Source of the DNA: Mycolicibacterium smegmatis
GTDB taxonomy: Bacteria; Actinomycetota; Actinomycetes; Mycobacteriales; Mycobacteriaceae
Length of the DNA: 32,000 nt
Reading direction: 5' to 3'
NCBI RefSeq assembly: GCF_001457595.1
Contig: NZ_LN831039.1
Coordinates: forward strand, 6,540,001 to 6,572,000
The position numbers and the translations under genes are program-made. Of the stretch, positions 1-11,896 are shown piece by piece (position 1 is the first letter of the stretch; every line of letters begins with the position of its first letter). A model generated the notes under the pieces. That model did no database searches and was not told the origin of the DNA. It was given only the letters and a program-made list of their open reading frames with translations.

Positions 1-3764
<3,764 letters not shown>

Positions 3765-4385
3765 TCCCACCTAGCCCTTCAAGACGCATTTCTGAAGCCC
3801 CGCCGCCACCGGCCACGTACGGCCGCCAACTCGGCGTTAGCCAGCTCGGCGTGGAGAACCTTCGTGCAGCACTGAACGACGGCTTTGTGTCCCACACGCC
3901 ATAAGTGGGGAAAACGATAGGACAGAAACCGTGCGACATGCCAACTTAGCCGACCCTAACTATGCTGAATATCCAGCCGGGCCACAATCGTCGGATGATT
4001 GCGTGGTTTTGCCGAATTCCCCTGACCGGCTTGGTAATTGAGTTCCACACGACCCTGGGCCCGAACCGGCCCGATCCGGCCGACGGCCACACCGAGACCC
4101 GCGGGCGTTTGCTGAGGGGAGTTTTTATTCCCGTTACACAGCCGTTATACAGATTTTTCACATTTGCGAGAAAGCTTAGTCAGATTCTTAGAATTTGCCG
4201 CAGCCCCTCAAAAGCATCCCTCAGACCACCAAAATCGGCCACCGGTGGGCCCGCCGTCGTGCGCATCCGACCACCATCCGCCACCGGAGCCTCGCAACGC
4301 ACTCCAACCCCGCTGCGCGGCACCGGATTCCGCGCCGCACGTAGGCCACACCGCAACCGGCCCGGCCGTGCGCACGACCCATTTA

Positions 4386-4400
4386 TACCCACCTGGGGTA
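4386..4400. promoter_or_regulatory. Perfect palindrome TACCC-acctg-GGGTA (extended TATACCC-N5-GGGTATA, 4384-4402), RicR/CsoR-type operator candidate
   Basis: Read in sequence atttaTACCCacctgGGGTAtatacgg, about 35 bp upstream of the thioesterase start at 4435. Confidence 0.55.
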
Positions 4401-4434
4401 TATACGGCCTGCGCATACCGGCACTGTGAGGCGC

Positions 4435-5235
4435 ATGCGTTTTCCGCTGACCACACCGCTGGGCCGCATGGGCGTCGAAAGCCTCGACGAGACCCCCGGG
4501 CACTGCGTCGCCTCGATCCCCGCGGGCGGCCTCACCAACCCGCTGACCGGAGCGCCCACGCTCGCGACGCTGGCCATGCTGGTCGACCACACCGGCGGGC
4601 TGGTGAACCACCTGCGGCGTCCGCCCGGCACGTGGACCGTGTCCAGTGAGCTGGCCATCGAATTCGCGCCCGAGGCCGACGAACTCATCGCGTCCGCGCC
4701 GCAGACACCGGTGATCGCGACCGGCACCGAGTTCGGGCCCACGATCTGGGCACCCCTGGCCATGTGCGAGCTCACCCACGACGGCCGTCCGGTGGCCACC
4801 GCGACCGTGCGCTCGGTATATGTGGCCGCGCCTGACCACATCGTCGAATGGCCCGCCGATGCCGGTGAGGGTGACCTGCTGCCGACGCTCGCCGAGCGAC
4901 TGGCGGTGGAGGTCGCCGAGAGCGGCGGAGCCACCAAGACGTTGCGGCAACTCTCGAACAAGGTCCTCAACAACAGCCTGGGCGTCGTGCACGGCGGAAT
5001 ATCGGCCTCGGCGCTGGAACTCGTCGGGTCGGCCGCCGTCAACGACAGCGACGGGCCCGCCCTTCGGACGGCGTCGCTGCGGGTGAACTACCTGCGGCAG
5101 TTCTTCGGCGGCGCGCACGCCCGGTACGAGGGTGCCGCGGTCCGGGTGGGACGCACCATGGCGGTCGCCGACGCGCAGGCCGTCGGCGACGACGGCAAGA
5201 CCGCGCTGCTGGCCCGAGTCACCGCTTACCGCTGA
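4435..5235 (+). CDS. PaaI-like acyl-CoA thioesterase family protein
   Basis: ORF MRFPLTTPLGRMGVESLDETPGHCVASIPAGGLTNPLTGAPTLATLAMLVDHTGGL...; hotdog-fold-like pattern. ATG at 4435 preferred over GTG at 4426. Confidence 0.65.
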   Translation: MRFPLTTPLGRMGVESLDETPGHCVASIPAGGLTNPLTGAPTLATLAMLVDHTGGLVNHLRRPPGTWTVSSELAIEFAPEADELIASAPQTPVIATGTEFGPTIWAPLAMCELTHDGRPVATATVRSVYVAAPDHIVEWPADAGEGDLLPTLAERLAVEVAESGGATKTLRQLSNKVLNNSLGVVHGGISASALELVGSAAVNDSDGPALRTASLRVNYLRQFFGGAHARYEGAAVRVGRTMAVADAQAVGDDGKTALLARVTAYR

Positions 5236-5266
5236 AGCCAGGCGGTTTGCGCAGTAGCATCCGCTC

Positions 5267-6643
5267 ATGCGCACGAGGCCTCGAATCGACGGAGGCCTGG
5301 GCAACTTCGTCCGGAACTCCGGATACGTCCGCAAATGGCTGATCCTGGGCATCGCCATCGGCGTGATCGCCGGCCTGGGCGCGGTGGTGTTCTACCTGGC
5401 CCTGGACGGCGCGGGCCGTGTGCTGCTGGGCTATCTCGGTGGCTATGGCATCCCGAAACCCTCGGGCGACGGCGGGAACCCCGGTTCCCCCGGCTTCGAC
5501 CGGCCGTGGGCCATCCCGCTCATCTCGTGTGGCGGTGCGCTGGTCTCGGCGTGGTTCGTGGCGAAGTTCGCGCCCGAGGCCGAAGGACACGGCACCGACG
5601 ACGCGATCGAGGCCGTGCACACCGACCCGCGCAAGATCCGGGTGCGGGCCATCGTGGTCAAGACCATTGCGAGTGCGCTGACCATAGGTTCGGGTGGTTC
5701 CGGCGGGCGCGAGGGACCCGCGGCGCACATCTCGGCCGGCTTCGGATCGCTGCTCACACGCTGGCTCAACCTGTCCGACGAGGACGGCCGCCTCGCGGTG
5801 TCCCTGGGGATCGGTGCGGGCATCGGCGCGATCTTCGGTGCGCCGCTCGGCGGGGCTGTGCTCGCGGCGTCGATCGTGTACCGCGACGATTTCGACTACC
5901 GGGCCCTGATCCCCGGCTTCATCACCTCGGCATCGGCATACGCGGTTCTCGGATCGATCCTCGGCTTCGACCCGCTGTTCGGCTTCCTGGTGGGTGACTA
6001 CCGGTTCGGCCAGGCGCTCGATCTCGCGTGGTTCGTGGTGCTCGGGGTGATCGCGGGCGGTGTGGGTTGGCTGTATGCCCGCGTGTTCTACGGCACCGTC
6101 GCGGTCACCAAGATGCTGCCCGGCGGCAAGATCGTCAAACCCGCCCTCGGCGGCCTCGCGGTGGGTTTGATGGCGCTCGCCATCCCGCAGGTGCTCGCGA
6201 GTGGATACGGATGGGCCGAAAAGGCCGCTGCCACAGAGACTCTGATGAACATTCCGTTGTGGATCGTGCTGGTGCTGCCGGTCGCGAAGATCGTCGCGAC
6301 GTCGCTGTCGATCGGTACCGGCGGGTCGGGCGGCATCTTCGGGCCCGGCGTGGTGATCGGTGCGTTCGTCGGAGCGGCGTTGTGGCGCTTGGGCGATGCG
6401 CTGGCGCTGCCTGGGATACCCGACAGCCCAGCGATTTTCGTCGTCGTCGGCATGATGGCGTGCTTCGGGTGCGTGGCACACGCGCCACTGGCGGTGATGA
6501 TCATGGTGTGCGAGATGACCAGTTCGTTCGCGGTGATCCCGTGCGCCATGGTCGGCGTCGGTGTCGCGTGCCTGACCATCTCGCGCAGCGACGTCGCGAT
6601 CTACCGGGCGCAGCGCGCCCGCCGCGAACCCGAACCTGCGTGA
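5267..6643 (+). CDS. ClC-type chloride channel / H+-Cl- exchanger family membrane protein
   Basis: GSGGSGGREGPAAHISAG, GxFGAPLGGAVLA and GTGGSGGIFGPGVVIGAFVGAA motifs typical of ClC selectivity regions. Confidence 0.92.
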   Translation: MRTRPRIDGGLGNFVRNSGYVRKWLILGIAIGVIAGLGAVVFYLALDGAGRVLLGYLGGYGIPKPSGDGGNPGSPGFDRPWAIPLISCGGALVSAWFVAKFAPEAEGHGTDDAIEAVHTDPRKIRVRAIVVKTIASALTIGSGGSGGREGPAAHISAGFGSLLTRWLNLSDEDGRLAVSLGIGAGIGAIFGAPLGGAVLAASIVYRDDFDYRALIPGFITSASAYAVLGSILGFDPLFGFLVGDYRFGQALDLAWFVVLGVIAGGVGWLYARVFYGTVAVTKMLPGGKIVKPALGGLAVGLMALAIPQVLASGYGWAEKAAATETLMNIPLWIVLVLPVAKIVATSLSIGTGGSGGIFGPGVVIGAFVGAALWRLGDALALPGIPDSPAIFVVVGMMACFGCVAHAPLAVMIMVCEMTSSFAVIPCAMVGVGVACLTISRSDVAIYRAQRARREPEPA

Positions 6644-6746
6644 CGGGAGTGCTGATTTCGGTCAGCAAACGAATCGGCAACACTAGCCTTGGCCTGAGCG
6701 GGCCCGTGTCACGGTACGGGCAGATAACCGCACTTAGGAGGCTCTG

Positions 6747-7520
6747 ATGCGAACGCCAACCATGACCCACCGCTTGACCGCCGAGTTCGTCGGCACCTTC
6801 TGGCTGGTGCTCGGCGGATGTGGCAGCGCAGTCTTCGCCGCGAAGTTCGTCGCCGACGACGGCGTGTCTCTGGGGATCGGATTCCTCGGCGTCGCCTTGG
6901 CGTTCGGCCTGACGGTGCTCACCGGCGTTTACGCGTTCGGCGTCATCTCGGGCGGCCACTTCAACCCGGCGGTCACGCTGGGTGCCGCACTCGCCAAACG
7001 GGTGGAGTGGGGTGCGGTGCTGCCGTACTGGATCGTGCAGGTGATCGGCGGCCTGCTGGCCGGCCTGGTGATCTATGTGGTCGCCAAGGGCAAAGAGGGG
7101 TGGAGCGCCATCGGCAACATGGCCGCCAACGGCTACGGCGAGCACTCGCCCGGGGGTTACTCACTGGTCGCGGTGCTGATCGCCGAGATCGTGCTCACCG
7201 GGATCTTCCTGCTCGTGATCCTGGGGTCCACCGACGATCGCGCGCCCAAGGGGTTCGCGGGCCTGTCGATCGGCCTGACATTGACCCTGATCCACCTGAT
7301 CTCGATCCCGATCTCGAACACGTCGGTGAACCCGGCGCGTTCGACGGCGGTCGCGTTCTTCAACGGCGACGGTGCGCCCGCGCAACTGTGGGCGTTCTGG
7401 CTGGCCCCCCTGGTCGGCGCCGCCATCGCGGGCGTCGCGTATCCGTACCTGTTCGGGGTGGCAGAAGAACTGGCCGAGCGCCCGGTGCGCGACGACGCGC
7501 TCGACGACCGACGCGGCTGA
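6747..7520 (+). CDS. aqpZ: Aquaporin / major intrinsic protein (AqpZ-like)
   Basis: Two NPA motifs ([12 protein letters not shown] and [11 protein letters not shown]), six TM segments; TTAGGAGG RBS just upstream. Confidence 0.9.
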   Translation: MRTPTMTHRLTAEFVGTFWLVLGGCGSAVFAAKFVADDGVSLGIGFLGVALAFGLTVLTGVYAFGVISGGHFNPAVTLGAALAKRVEWGAVLPYWIVQVIGGLLAGLVIYVVAKGKEGWSAIGNMAANGYGEHSPGGYSLVAVLIAEIVLTGIFLLVILGSTDDRAPKGFAGLSIGLTLTLIHLISIPISNTSVNPARSTAVAFFNGDGAPAQLWAFWLAPLVGAAIAGVAYPYLFGVAEELAERPVRDDALDDRRG

Positions 7521-7526
7521 AAAAGA

Positions 7527-7574
7527 ACCGCACCGTCGGGGCCGCCGTTGTCTTGACGTCCCCGACGATGCGGT
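7527..7574. terminator. Inverted repeat between convergent aqpZ and dps (15-bp arms, 1 mismatch, 18-nt loop), probable bidirectional terminator
   Basis: accgcaccgtcgggg (7527-7541) pairs with ccccgacgatgcggt (7560-7574). Confidence 0.55.
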
Positions 7575-7594
7575 GTGTGCGGTGAGGTTCTCTA

Positions 7595-8146
7595 TCAGGC
7601 AGACTTGCGGCGCGCCTTGTCGGCGGCGCCCTTCTCGGTCGACTGCCCCTCGTGCGTCAGCTGGCCGCCGGCGCTCTCCAGGTGCGCCCGCACGAACCAC
7701 TGGAATTTCTCCAGCTCGCCGGCATGGGCGATGAGCAGGTCCTGTGACACCAGGTCGAGGTCTTCGAGTTTCTCGATCGACTTGCGGGTGTCTTCGATGA
7801 CGCCGTTGTACACCAGGTCGAGCGCGGCCAGGTGGGCCTGGACGGTGTCACGCTCGACGGAGTAGTCGTCCCACGTGCGGTCCTTGATGATCGCACCCGG
7901 GGTGCCCTTGGGCGACTTGCCCAGCGTCGCGATGCGCTCGGCCACCTCGTCGGCGTAACCACGCACCAGTTCGACCTGGGGGTCGATCATCTCGTGCACG
8001 CCGATGAAGTTCGGGCCCACGACGTTCCAGTGGACGTGTTTCAGCGTCAGATGCAGATCGTTGTAGGTGCTGAGCTGCTTCTGCAGCAGGTCCGCCACAT
8101 CGCTTGCCTTCTTGTCGGACAGGCCCGGAATGGTGAATGAGGTCAT
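7595..8146 (-). CDS. dps: Dps-family DNA-binding protein from starved cells
   Basis: MTSFTIPGLSDKKASDVADLLQKQLSTYNDLHLTLKHVHWNVVGPNFIGVHEMID...; ferroxidase HxxxH/W..DxxxE pattern and basic tail KGAADKARRKSA. Confidence 0.95.
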   Translation of the reverse strand: MTSFTIPGLSDKKASDVADLLQKQLSTYNDLHLTLKHVHWNVVGPNFIGVHEMIDPQVELVRGYADEVAERIATLGKSPKGTPGAIIKDRTWDDYSVERDTVQAHLAALDLVYNGVIEDTRKSIEKLEDLDLVSQDLLIAHAGELEKFQWFVRAHLESAGGQLTHEGQSTEKGAADKARRKSA

Positions 8147-8203
8147 CGTTGCTCCTTTTGCGTTTCCGCGTTCGACGCCTCGTGTACCCGGCAGCGCCGG
8201 GCA

Positions 8204-8245
8204 CTAATCACCGGGGCCTGATCACCGGGCACTGATCACAGGGTG
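8204..8245. repeat. Three tandem 14-bp direct repeats upstream of dps (CTAATCACCGGGGC / CTGATCACCGGGCA / CTGATCACAGGGTG)
   Basis: TRATCAC cores start at 8205, 8219 and 8233, exactly 14 bp apart. Confidence 0.7.
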
Positions 8246-9135
8246 CGCAACTTCGGGATCGCCTGGCGGGGCCCGCGGCGCCGGTAGACGAACATCCCGC
8301 CGGCCTCCAACAACCGCACGGCGCGGTGGCGGTGCGGCCGCATCGGTTCGAGCAACTCGACCATGCCGGCGTCGTCGACCGGTTCACCGGTGAGCGCCTG
8401 GCCTACCAGTGTCGCGAGGTGATAGTCCCCCACCGAGAGCGCGTCGGCGTCGCCGAACACCCGCTGCATGGTCTCGGCGGCGGTCCACTCCCCCACCCCG
8501 GGCAGCGACCGCAGGCCGACTGCGGCGCGTTCGTGGGTGAGACGCTCCAGCGAATCGGCGCGCTGGGCACACATGACGATGGTGCGGGCCCGGCCGGGAT
8601 CGACGTTGGCCCGGTGGAACTCCCACGACGGGATGCGCCGCCACACCTCGGCGCTGGGCACCACCCGCATACCGTCCGGAGCGGGTCCGGGTGCGGGGGT
8701 GCCGAACTTGGTCACCAACGCGCGCCAGGCCCGCCAGGCATCCAGGCCGTACACGCGTTGTTCGATGATCGCGGGGATCAACGCCTCCAGCATCCGGCCG
8801 GTGCGGCCGAGCCTCAGGTGCGGAACCTGTCTGCGCGCCTTGGCGATCGTAGGCTCGGCCGGTGCGAAATCGGACGCGTCGTCGTCGACGCCCAGCAGAG
8901 CGGGCAGACGGTCGATGAACTCGTCGGCGCCCTCACCCCACGCCTGGCAGTCGGCGGCGTCTGTCGCCGCGCATGTGATGCGTGCGGTCACCGGTCCGCT
9001 GGGCATCAGGCTCGTGCGCCAGATCGCGCCTGCGGCGTCCACGCGGTAGCAGGGATCGATGCCGCCACGGCGCAGCGGCGCGAGCGTCAGCCCCGGACTT
9101 GCCGGGCCGCTGAACACCACCGTCGCACTTCGCAC
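8236..9135 (-). CDS. DNA-3-methyladenine glycosylase II-like HhH-GPD protein
   Basis: LRSLPGVGEWTAAETMQRVFGDADALSVGDYHLATLVGQAL: HhH-GPD motif with catalytic Asp. Confidence 0.85.
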   Translation of the reverse strand: MRSATVVFSGPASPGLTLAPLRRGGIDPCYRVDAAGAIWRTSLMPSGPVTARITCAATDAADCQAWGEGADEFIDRLPALLGVDDDASDFAPAEPTIAKARRQVPHLRLGRTGRMLEALIPAIIEQRVYGLDAWRAWRALVTKFGTPAPGPAPDGMRVVPSAEVWRRIPSWEFHRANVDPGRARTIVMCAQRADSLERLTHERAAVGLRSLPGVGEWTAAETMQRVFGDADALSVGDYHLATLVGQALTGEPVDDAGMVELLEPMRPHRHRAVRLLEAGGMFVYRRRGPRQAIPKLRTL

Positions 9136-9178
9136 CGCACCAGGCTATGCCCGGCGCACGACAGGGCGGCGACACCGC

Positions 9179-9561
9179 TCACGCGACCGTGATCTCGGCC
9201 TTGTCGGGATAGAACGCCACGCGGCCCGCGATGTCGGCGACGGCCGGGTACGGCCGTTCGTAGGTCCAGATGGCGTCGGCGAGCGCTGCGCCCTCGGATC
9301 CGCTTCCGAATTCGAGGCTGTAGTAGTTCGCCTCGCCCTTGTACGGGCAGTAGGTCGTGGTGTCGCTGCGCCTGAGCACCGACCCGTCGACGTCGGCCAG
9401 CGGGATGTACTGCACGGGCGGATACGACGCTTCCTGCAGTGTCAGTGCGTCGTCGGTCTCGGCGATCACCGTGCCGTTCACGCGCACGGTGACATGTCTG
9501 CCGGTGGGCGTGACGGTGATGGGGTGCTCGGCGGTGGGTTCGAGGACGGGGCGAGAGGTCA
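9179..9561 (-). CDS. DUF427-domain protein
   Basis: HPITVTPTGRHVTVRVNGTVIAETDDALTLQEASYPPVQYIPLADVDGSVLRRSDTTTYCPYKGEANYYSL...IWTYERPYPAVADIAGRVAFYPDK. Start MTSRPV (9561) preferred over the 9604 extension. Confidence 0.85.
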
Positions 9562-9701
9562 TGTGAGGTCCAACGTGACGGGCCTCACCGATCTTCCGGT
9601 TCACCGCCCGACATCACGCCGAACATAATCTGGAATGACTCCAAACTTGTGGCGGAGGCCCTCCGGTGTTTGCCCCGTGATCGGTGCCACACAAGTTTCC
9701 T

Positions 9702-9756
9702 GCCACTCGACGATCAAATTCTGCCAGTGGAATTATTGCGCTGACCTGCGGGTTCT
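9702..9756 (+). promoter_or_regulatory. Conserved promoter module A: CTGCCA (9702), CTGCCA (9723), CTGACC (9743), GGAAT (9731-9735)-N18-GTT (9754-9756)
   Basis: Direct alignment to modules B and C (see findings). Confidence 0.7.
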
Positions 9757-9799
9757 TTCAGTCAGACGCCCACAGAGAACGACCAGAAGGATCACGAAG

Positions 9800-10006
9800 A
9801 TGAAGAAGTTCGGAATTGCCGCCATCACCGCCAGCGGACTGGCCGCCGCCGTCCTGGGCCTGGCAGCCCCCGCGCAGGCCGTGCCGGCGCAGGTCGACTC
9901 GACCGTCATCTCGGCAGGCGTCGACCGCCTGCAGTGGCTGGACAAGGTCCAGCCGAAGGCCACCGCGCCGAAGGTGGACAACACGGTCCGCCACAGCGGG
10001 CGGTGA
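9800..10006 (+). CDS. Small exported protein A (68 aa; predicted signal peptide 27 aa, mature about 41 aa), paralog of 11605-11829
   Basis: MKKFGIAAITASGLAAAVLGLAAPAQA|VPAQVDSTVISAGVDRLQWLDKVQPKATAPKVDNTVRHSGR; AGAAGG RBS; strong terminator follows. The 9635 start in the track is judged wrong because it runs through the promoter module. Confidence 0.85.
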   Translation: MKKFGIAAITASGLAAAVLGLAAPAQAVPAQVDSTVISAGVDRLQWLDKVQPKATAPKVDNTVRHSGR

Positions 10007-10020
10007 CGCGTGACGTACGC

Positions 10021-10053
10021 GAGAGGGGCACCCGGTGCGGGTGCCCCTCTTTC
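10021..10053 (+). terminator. Intrinsic-type terminator of gene A
   Basis: gagaggggcaccc..gggtgcccctctttc hairpin. Confidence 0.8.
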
Positions 10054-10056
10054 GTG

Positions 10057-11430
10057 TCAGTGCGGCTTTCGCGTGATGACGTCGGCGATCTTGGCGATCG
10101 GCGACGTGGTGGGACGGCCACCGGCCTCGTGCCGGTCGGCCAGCTTGTAGGCGATGTAGAGGCCCCGAACACCGAGCCACCGCAGCGGTTCGGGCTCCCA
10201 GTTGCGTGACCGGTGCCCGACCCAGGGCAGCTCGGTCAGCGGGGTGCTGCGGTTGCACACCAGATCAGCCAGTGTGCGTCCGGCGAGGTTGGTCGCGGTG
10301 ACGCCGTGGCCCACATATCCGCCGGCCCACCCCAGGCCCGTGGTCCGGTCGAGCACCACACTGGCCTCCCAGTCGCGCGGGACGGCCAGCACGCCGCACC
10401 ACCCGTGCGCGATGGGCACGTCACGCACCTGCGGCAGGATCGAGTGCAGCACGTCGGTGAGCAGCCGGATGGTCTTCGGCGGCACCCGGCCGTCGACGTC
10501 GGTGCGCGAGGCGTACCGGTACGGGACGCTGCGCCCGCCGATCGCGATGCGGTCGTCGACCGTGCGCTGCGCGTAGAAGAAGCCGTGCGCCGAATCGCCC
10601 ACGGTTTCGCGTCCCTGCCAACCGATCTCGTCCCACACGTGCGCCGGGATCGGCTCGGTGGCGATCATCGAACTGTTCATCGGAAGCCACGCGCGACGCT
10701 GTCCGGGCAACGCCGCGGTGAACCCCTCGGTGGCGCGCAGCACGATCGGCGCCCGAACGGTTCCGCGTGCGGTCACCGCGCGCCCCTGCGCGATCTCGGC
10801 GACCGGGGACTGCTCGTAGATCGTGACACCCAGACGTTCGACGGCCTCGGCCAGACCGCGGGCCAGCGCGGCAGGCTGGATCCGCGCGCAGTGCGGATTG
10901 TGATAGGCCGACACCAGGCCGTTGAACCGGATGCGTTCTGCTGCTTGCTCTTTGGTGAGTTCGGTGACATCGACACCCCACGACCGCTCCTCGGCGATCG
11001 AGGCCGCCAACCGCGCCGCCTGCGCCGGGTTGCGCGCGATCTCCAAGGTGCCGCCCTTGACCGCACCCGCGTCGATGCCCTCGGCCTCGGCCACCGCGAT
11101 GACCTCGTCGACGGCTTCGTTGAGCGCCTTCTGCCAGGCGAGCACCCTGTCCCGTCCGTACAGCTCGGCCATGCGGCGCCGGTCACCCGGCACCAGTCCC
11201 GACAGCCAACCGCCGTTGCGACCCGACGCCCCGAAACCGGCGAAGCGCGCCTCAAGGATCGTGATGCGCAGCGACGGATCCGCCTTCTTGAGGTAGTACG
11301 CGGTCCAGAGTCCCGTGTACCCCGCGCCGACGATGCACACGTCGGCGTCCCGGTCGCCGGGCAGCGGCGGCCGTGGCGTGGGCAGGGTGTCGAACCAATG
11401 GGAGATCTGACCGTTCACCGTGATGGGCAC
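10057..11430 (-). CDS. FAD-dependent amine/amino-acid oxidoreductase (DAO family)
   Basis: DADVCIVGAGYTGLWTAYYLKKADPSLRITILEARFAGFGASGRNGGWLSG: Rossmann FAD motif. GTG at 11430 preferred over 11499 because the latter overlaps the phased repeat array. Confidence 0.85.
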   Translation of the reverse strand: MPITVNGQISHWFDTLPTPRPPLPGDRDADVCIVGAGYTGLWTAYYLKKADPSLRITILEARFAGFGASGRNGGWLSGLVPGDRRRMAELYGRDRVLAWQKALNEAVDEVIAVAEAEGIDAGAVKGGTLEIARNPAQAARLAASIAEERSWGVDVTELTKEQAAERIRFNGLVSAYHNPHCARIQPAALARGLAEAVERLGVTIYEQSPVAEIAQGRAVTARGTVRAPIVLRATEGFTAALPGQRRAWLPMNSSMIATEPIPAHVWDEIGWQGRETVGDSAHGFFYAQRTVDDRIAIGGRSVPYRYASRTDVDGRVPPKTIRLLTDVLHSILPQVRDVPIAHGWCGVLAVPRDWEASVVLDRTTGLGWAGGYVGHGVTATNLAGRTLADLVCNRSTPLTELPWVGHRSRNWEPEPLRWLGVRGLYIAYKLADRHEAGGRPTTSPIAKIADVITRKPH

Positions 11431-11439
11431 CGTGAGATT

Positions 11440-11536
11440 CTGCCAGCAGTTGCTGAAATCCCGCCGTCCGCGGATCACTTCCTGCCACCCGGCGGTCAAT
11501 TCCTGCCACCGGAATTAAACCCCTGACCTGCATGTT
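11440..11536 (+). promoter_or_regulatory. Conserved promoter module B: CTGCCA (11440), CCGCCG (11461), CTGCCA (11482), CTGCCA (11503), CTGACC (11523), GGAAT (11511-11515)-N18-GTT (11534-11536)
   Basis: Hexamers spaced 21, 21, 21 and 20 bp. Confidence 0.75.
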
Positions 11537-11604
11537 CAGGTAAGCATACGGCACGGATCGCACGGAATCCGAAAGCCGAAGAGCCGCCAAAAGGGAGAGA
11601 GAAA

Positions 11605-11829
11605 ATGAAGAAGTTCGGATTCGCCGCAATCGCCGCAAGCGGGTTGACCGCAGCCATCCTGGGCCTGTCCGGTCCCGCGCAGGCCGCGCCTGCGGTGGCC
11701 CCGGTGTCCACCGGTGTGGACGCCACCACCATCACCGCGGGTGTGGACCGCCTCGAGTGGCTGGACAAGATCCAGCCGAAGGCCACCGCGCCTCAGGTTG
11801 ACACCACGGTCCGCCACAGCGGCCGGTGA
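11605..11829 (+). CDS. Small exported protein B (74 aa; signal peptide 27 aa, mature about 47 aa), paralog of A
   Basis: MKKFGFAAIAASGLTAAILGLSGPAQA|APAVAPVSTGVDATTITAGVDRLEWLDKIQPKATAPQVDTTVRHSGR; GGGAGAG RBS. Confidence 0.88.
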   Translation: MKKFGFAAIAASGLTAAILGLSGPAQAAPAVAPVSTGVDATTITAGVDRLEWLDKIQPKATAPQVDTTVRHSGR

Positions 11830-11841
11830 GCGGCTGCACGC

Positions 11842-11875
11842 AAAGAGGGGCACCCGGGATCGGGTGCCCCTCTTT
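11842..11875 (+). terminator. Terminator of gene B, perfect 15-bp stem with 4-nt loop
   Basis: aaagaggggcacccg-ggat-cgggtgcccctcttt. Confidence 0.9.
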
Positions 11876-11896
11876 CGTGTTCGGCCGCTTCGGGTC

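Noticed and set aside
4208-4456. Minus-strand ORF beside the RicR-like palindrome as a copper metallothionein (MymT-like)
   Set aside because: Only a few scattered Cys and no CxC or clustered pattern; the translation is Trp/Gly-rich antisense-like text.
9635-9799. N-terminal extension of small protein A to 9635
   Set aside because: Would translate through the conserved promoter module; MKKFGIAAITASGLAAA is a canonical signal-peptide start and has its own RBS.
11431-11499. N-terminal extension of the FAD oxidoreductase
   Set aside because: The extension MTAGWQEVIRGRRDFSNCWQNLT is the complement of the phased CTGCCA array and looks non-coding.
9800-11829. Interpreting A and B as toxin-antitoxin or lanthipeptide/RiPP precursors
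   Set aside because: Both have Sec-type signal peptides with AxA-like cleavage sites, no Cys/Ser/Thr-rich core, and no adjacent modification enzyme or antitoxin. The neighbouring FAD oxidoreductase is antisense and resembles a catabolic amine oxidase.
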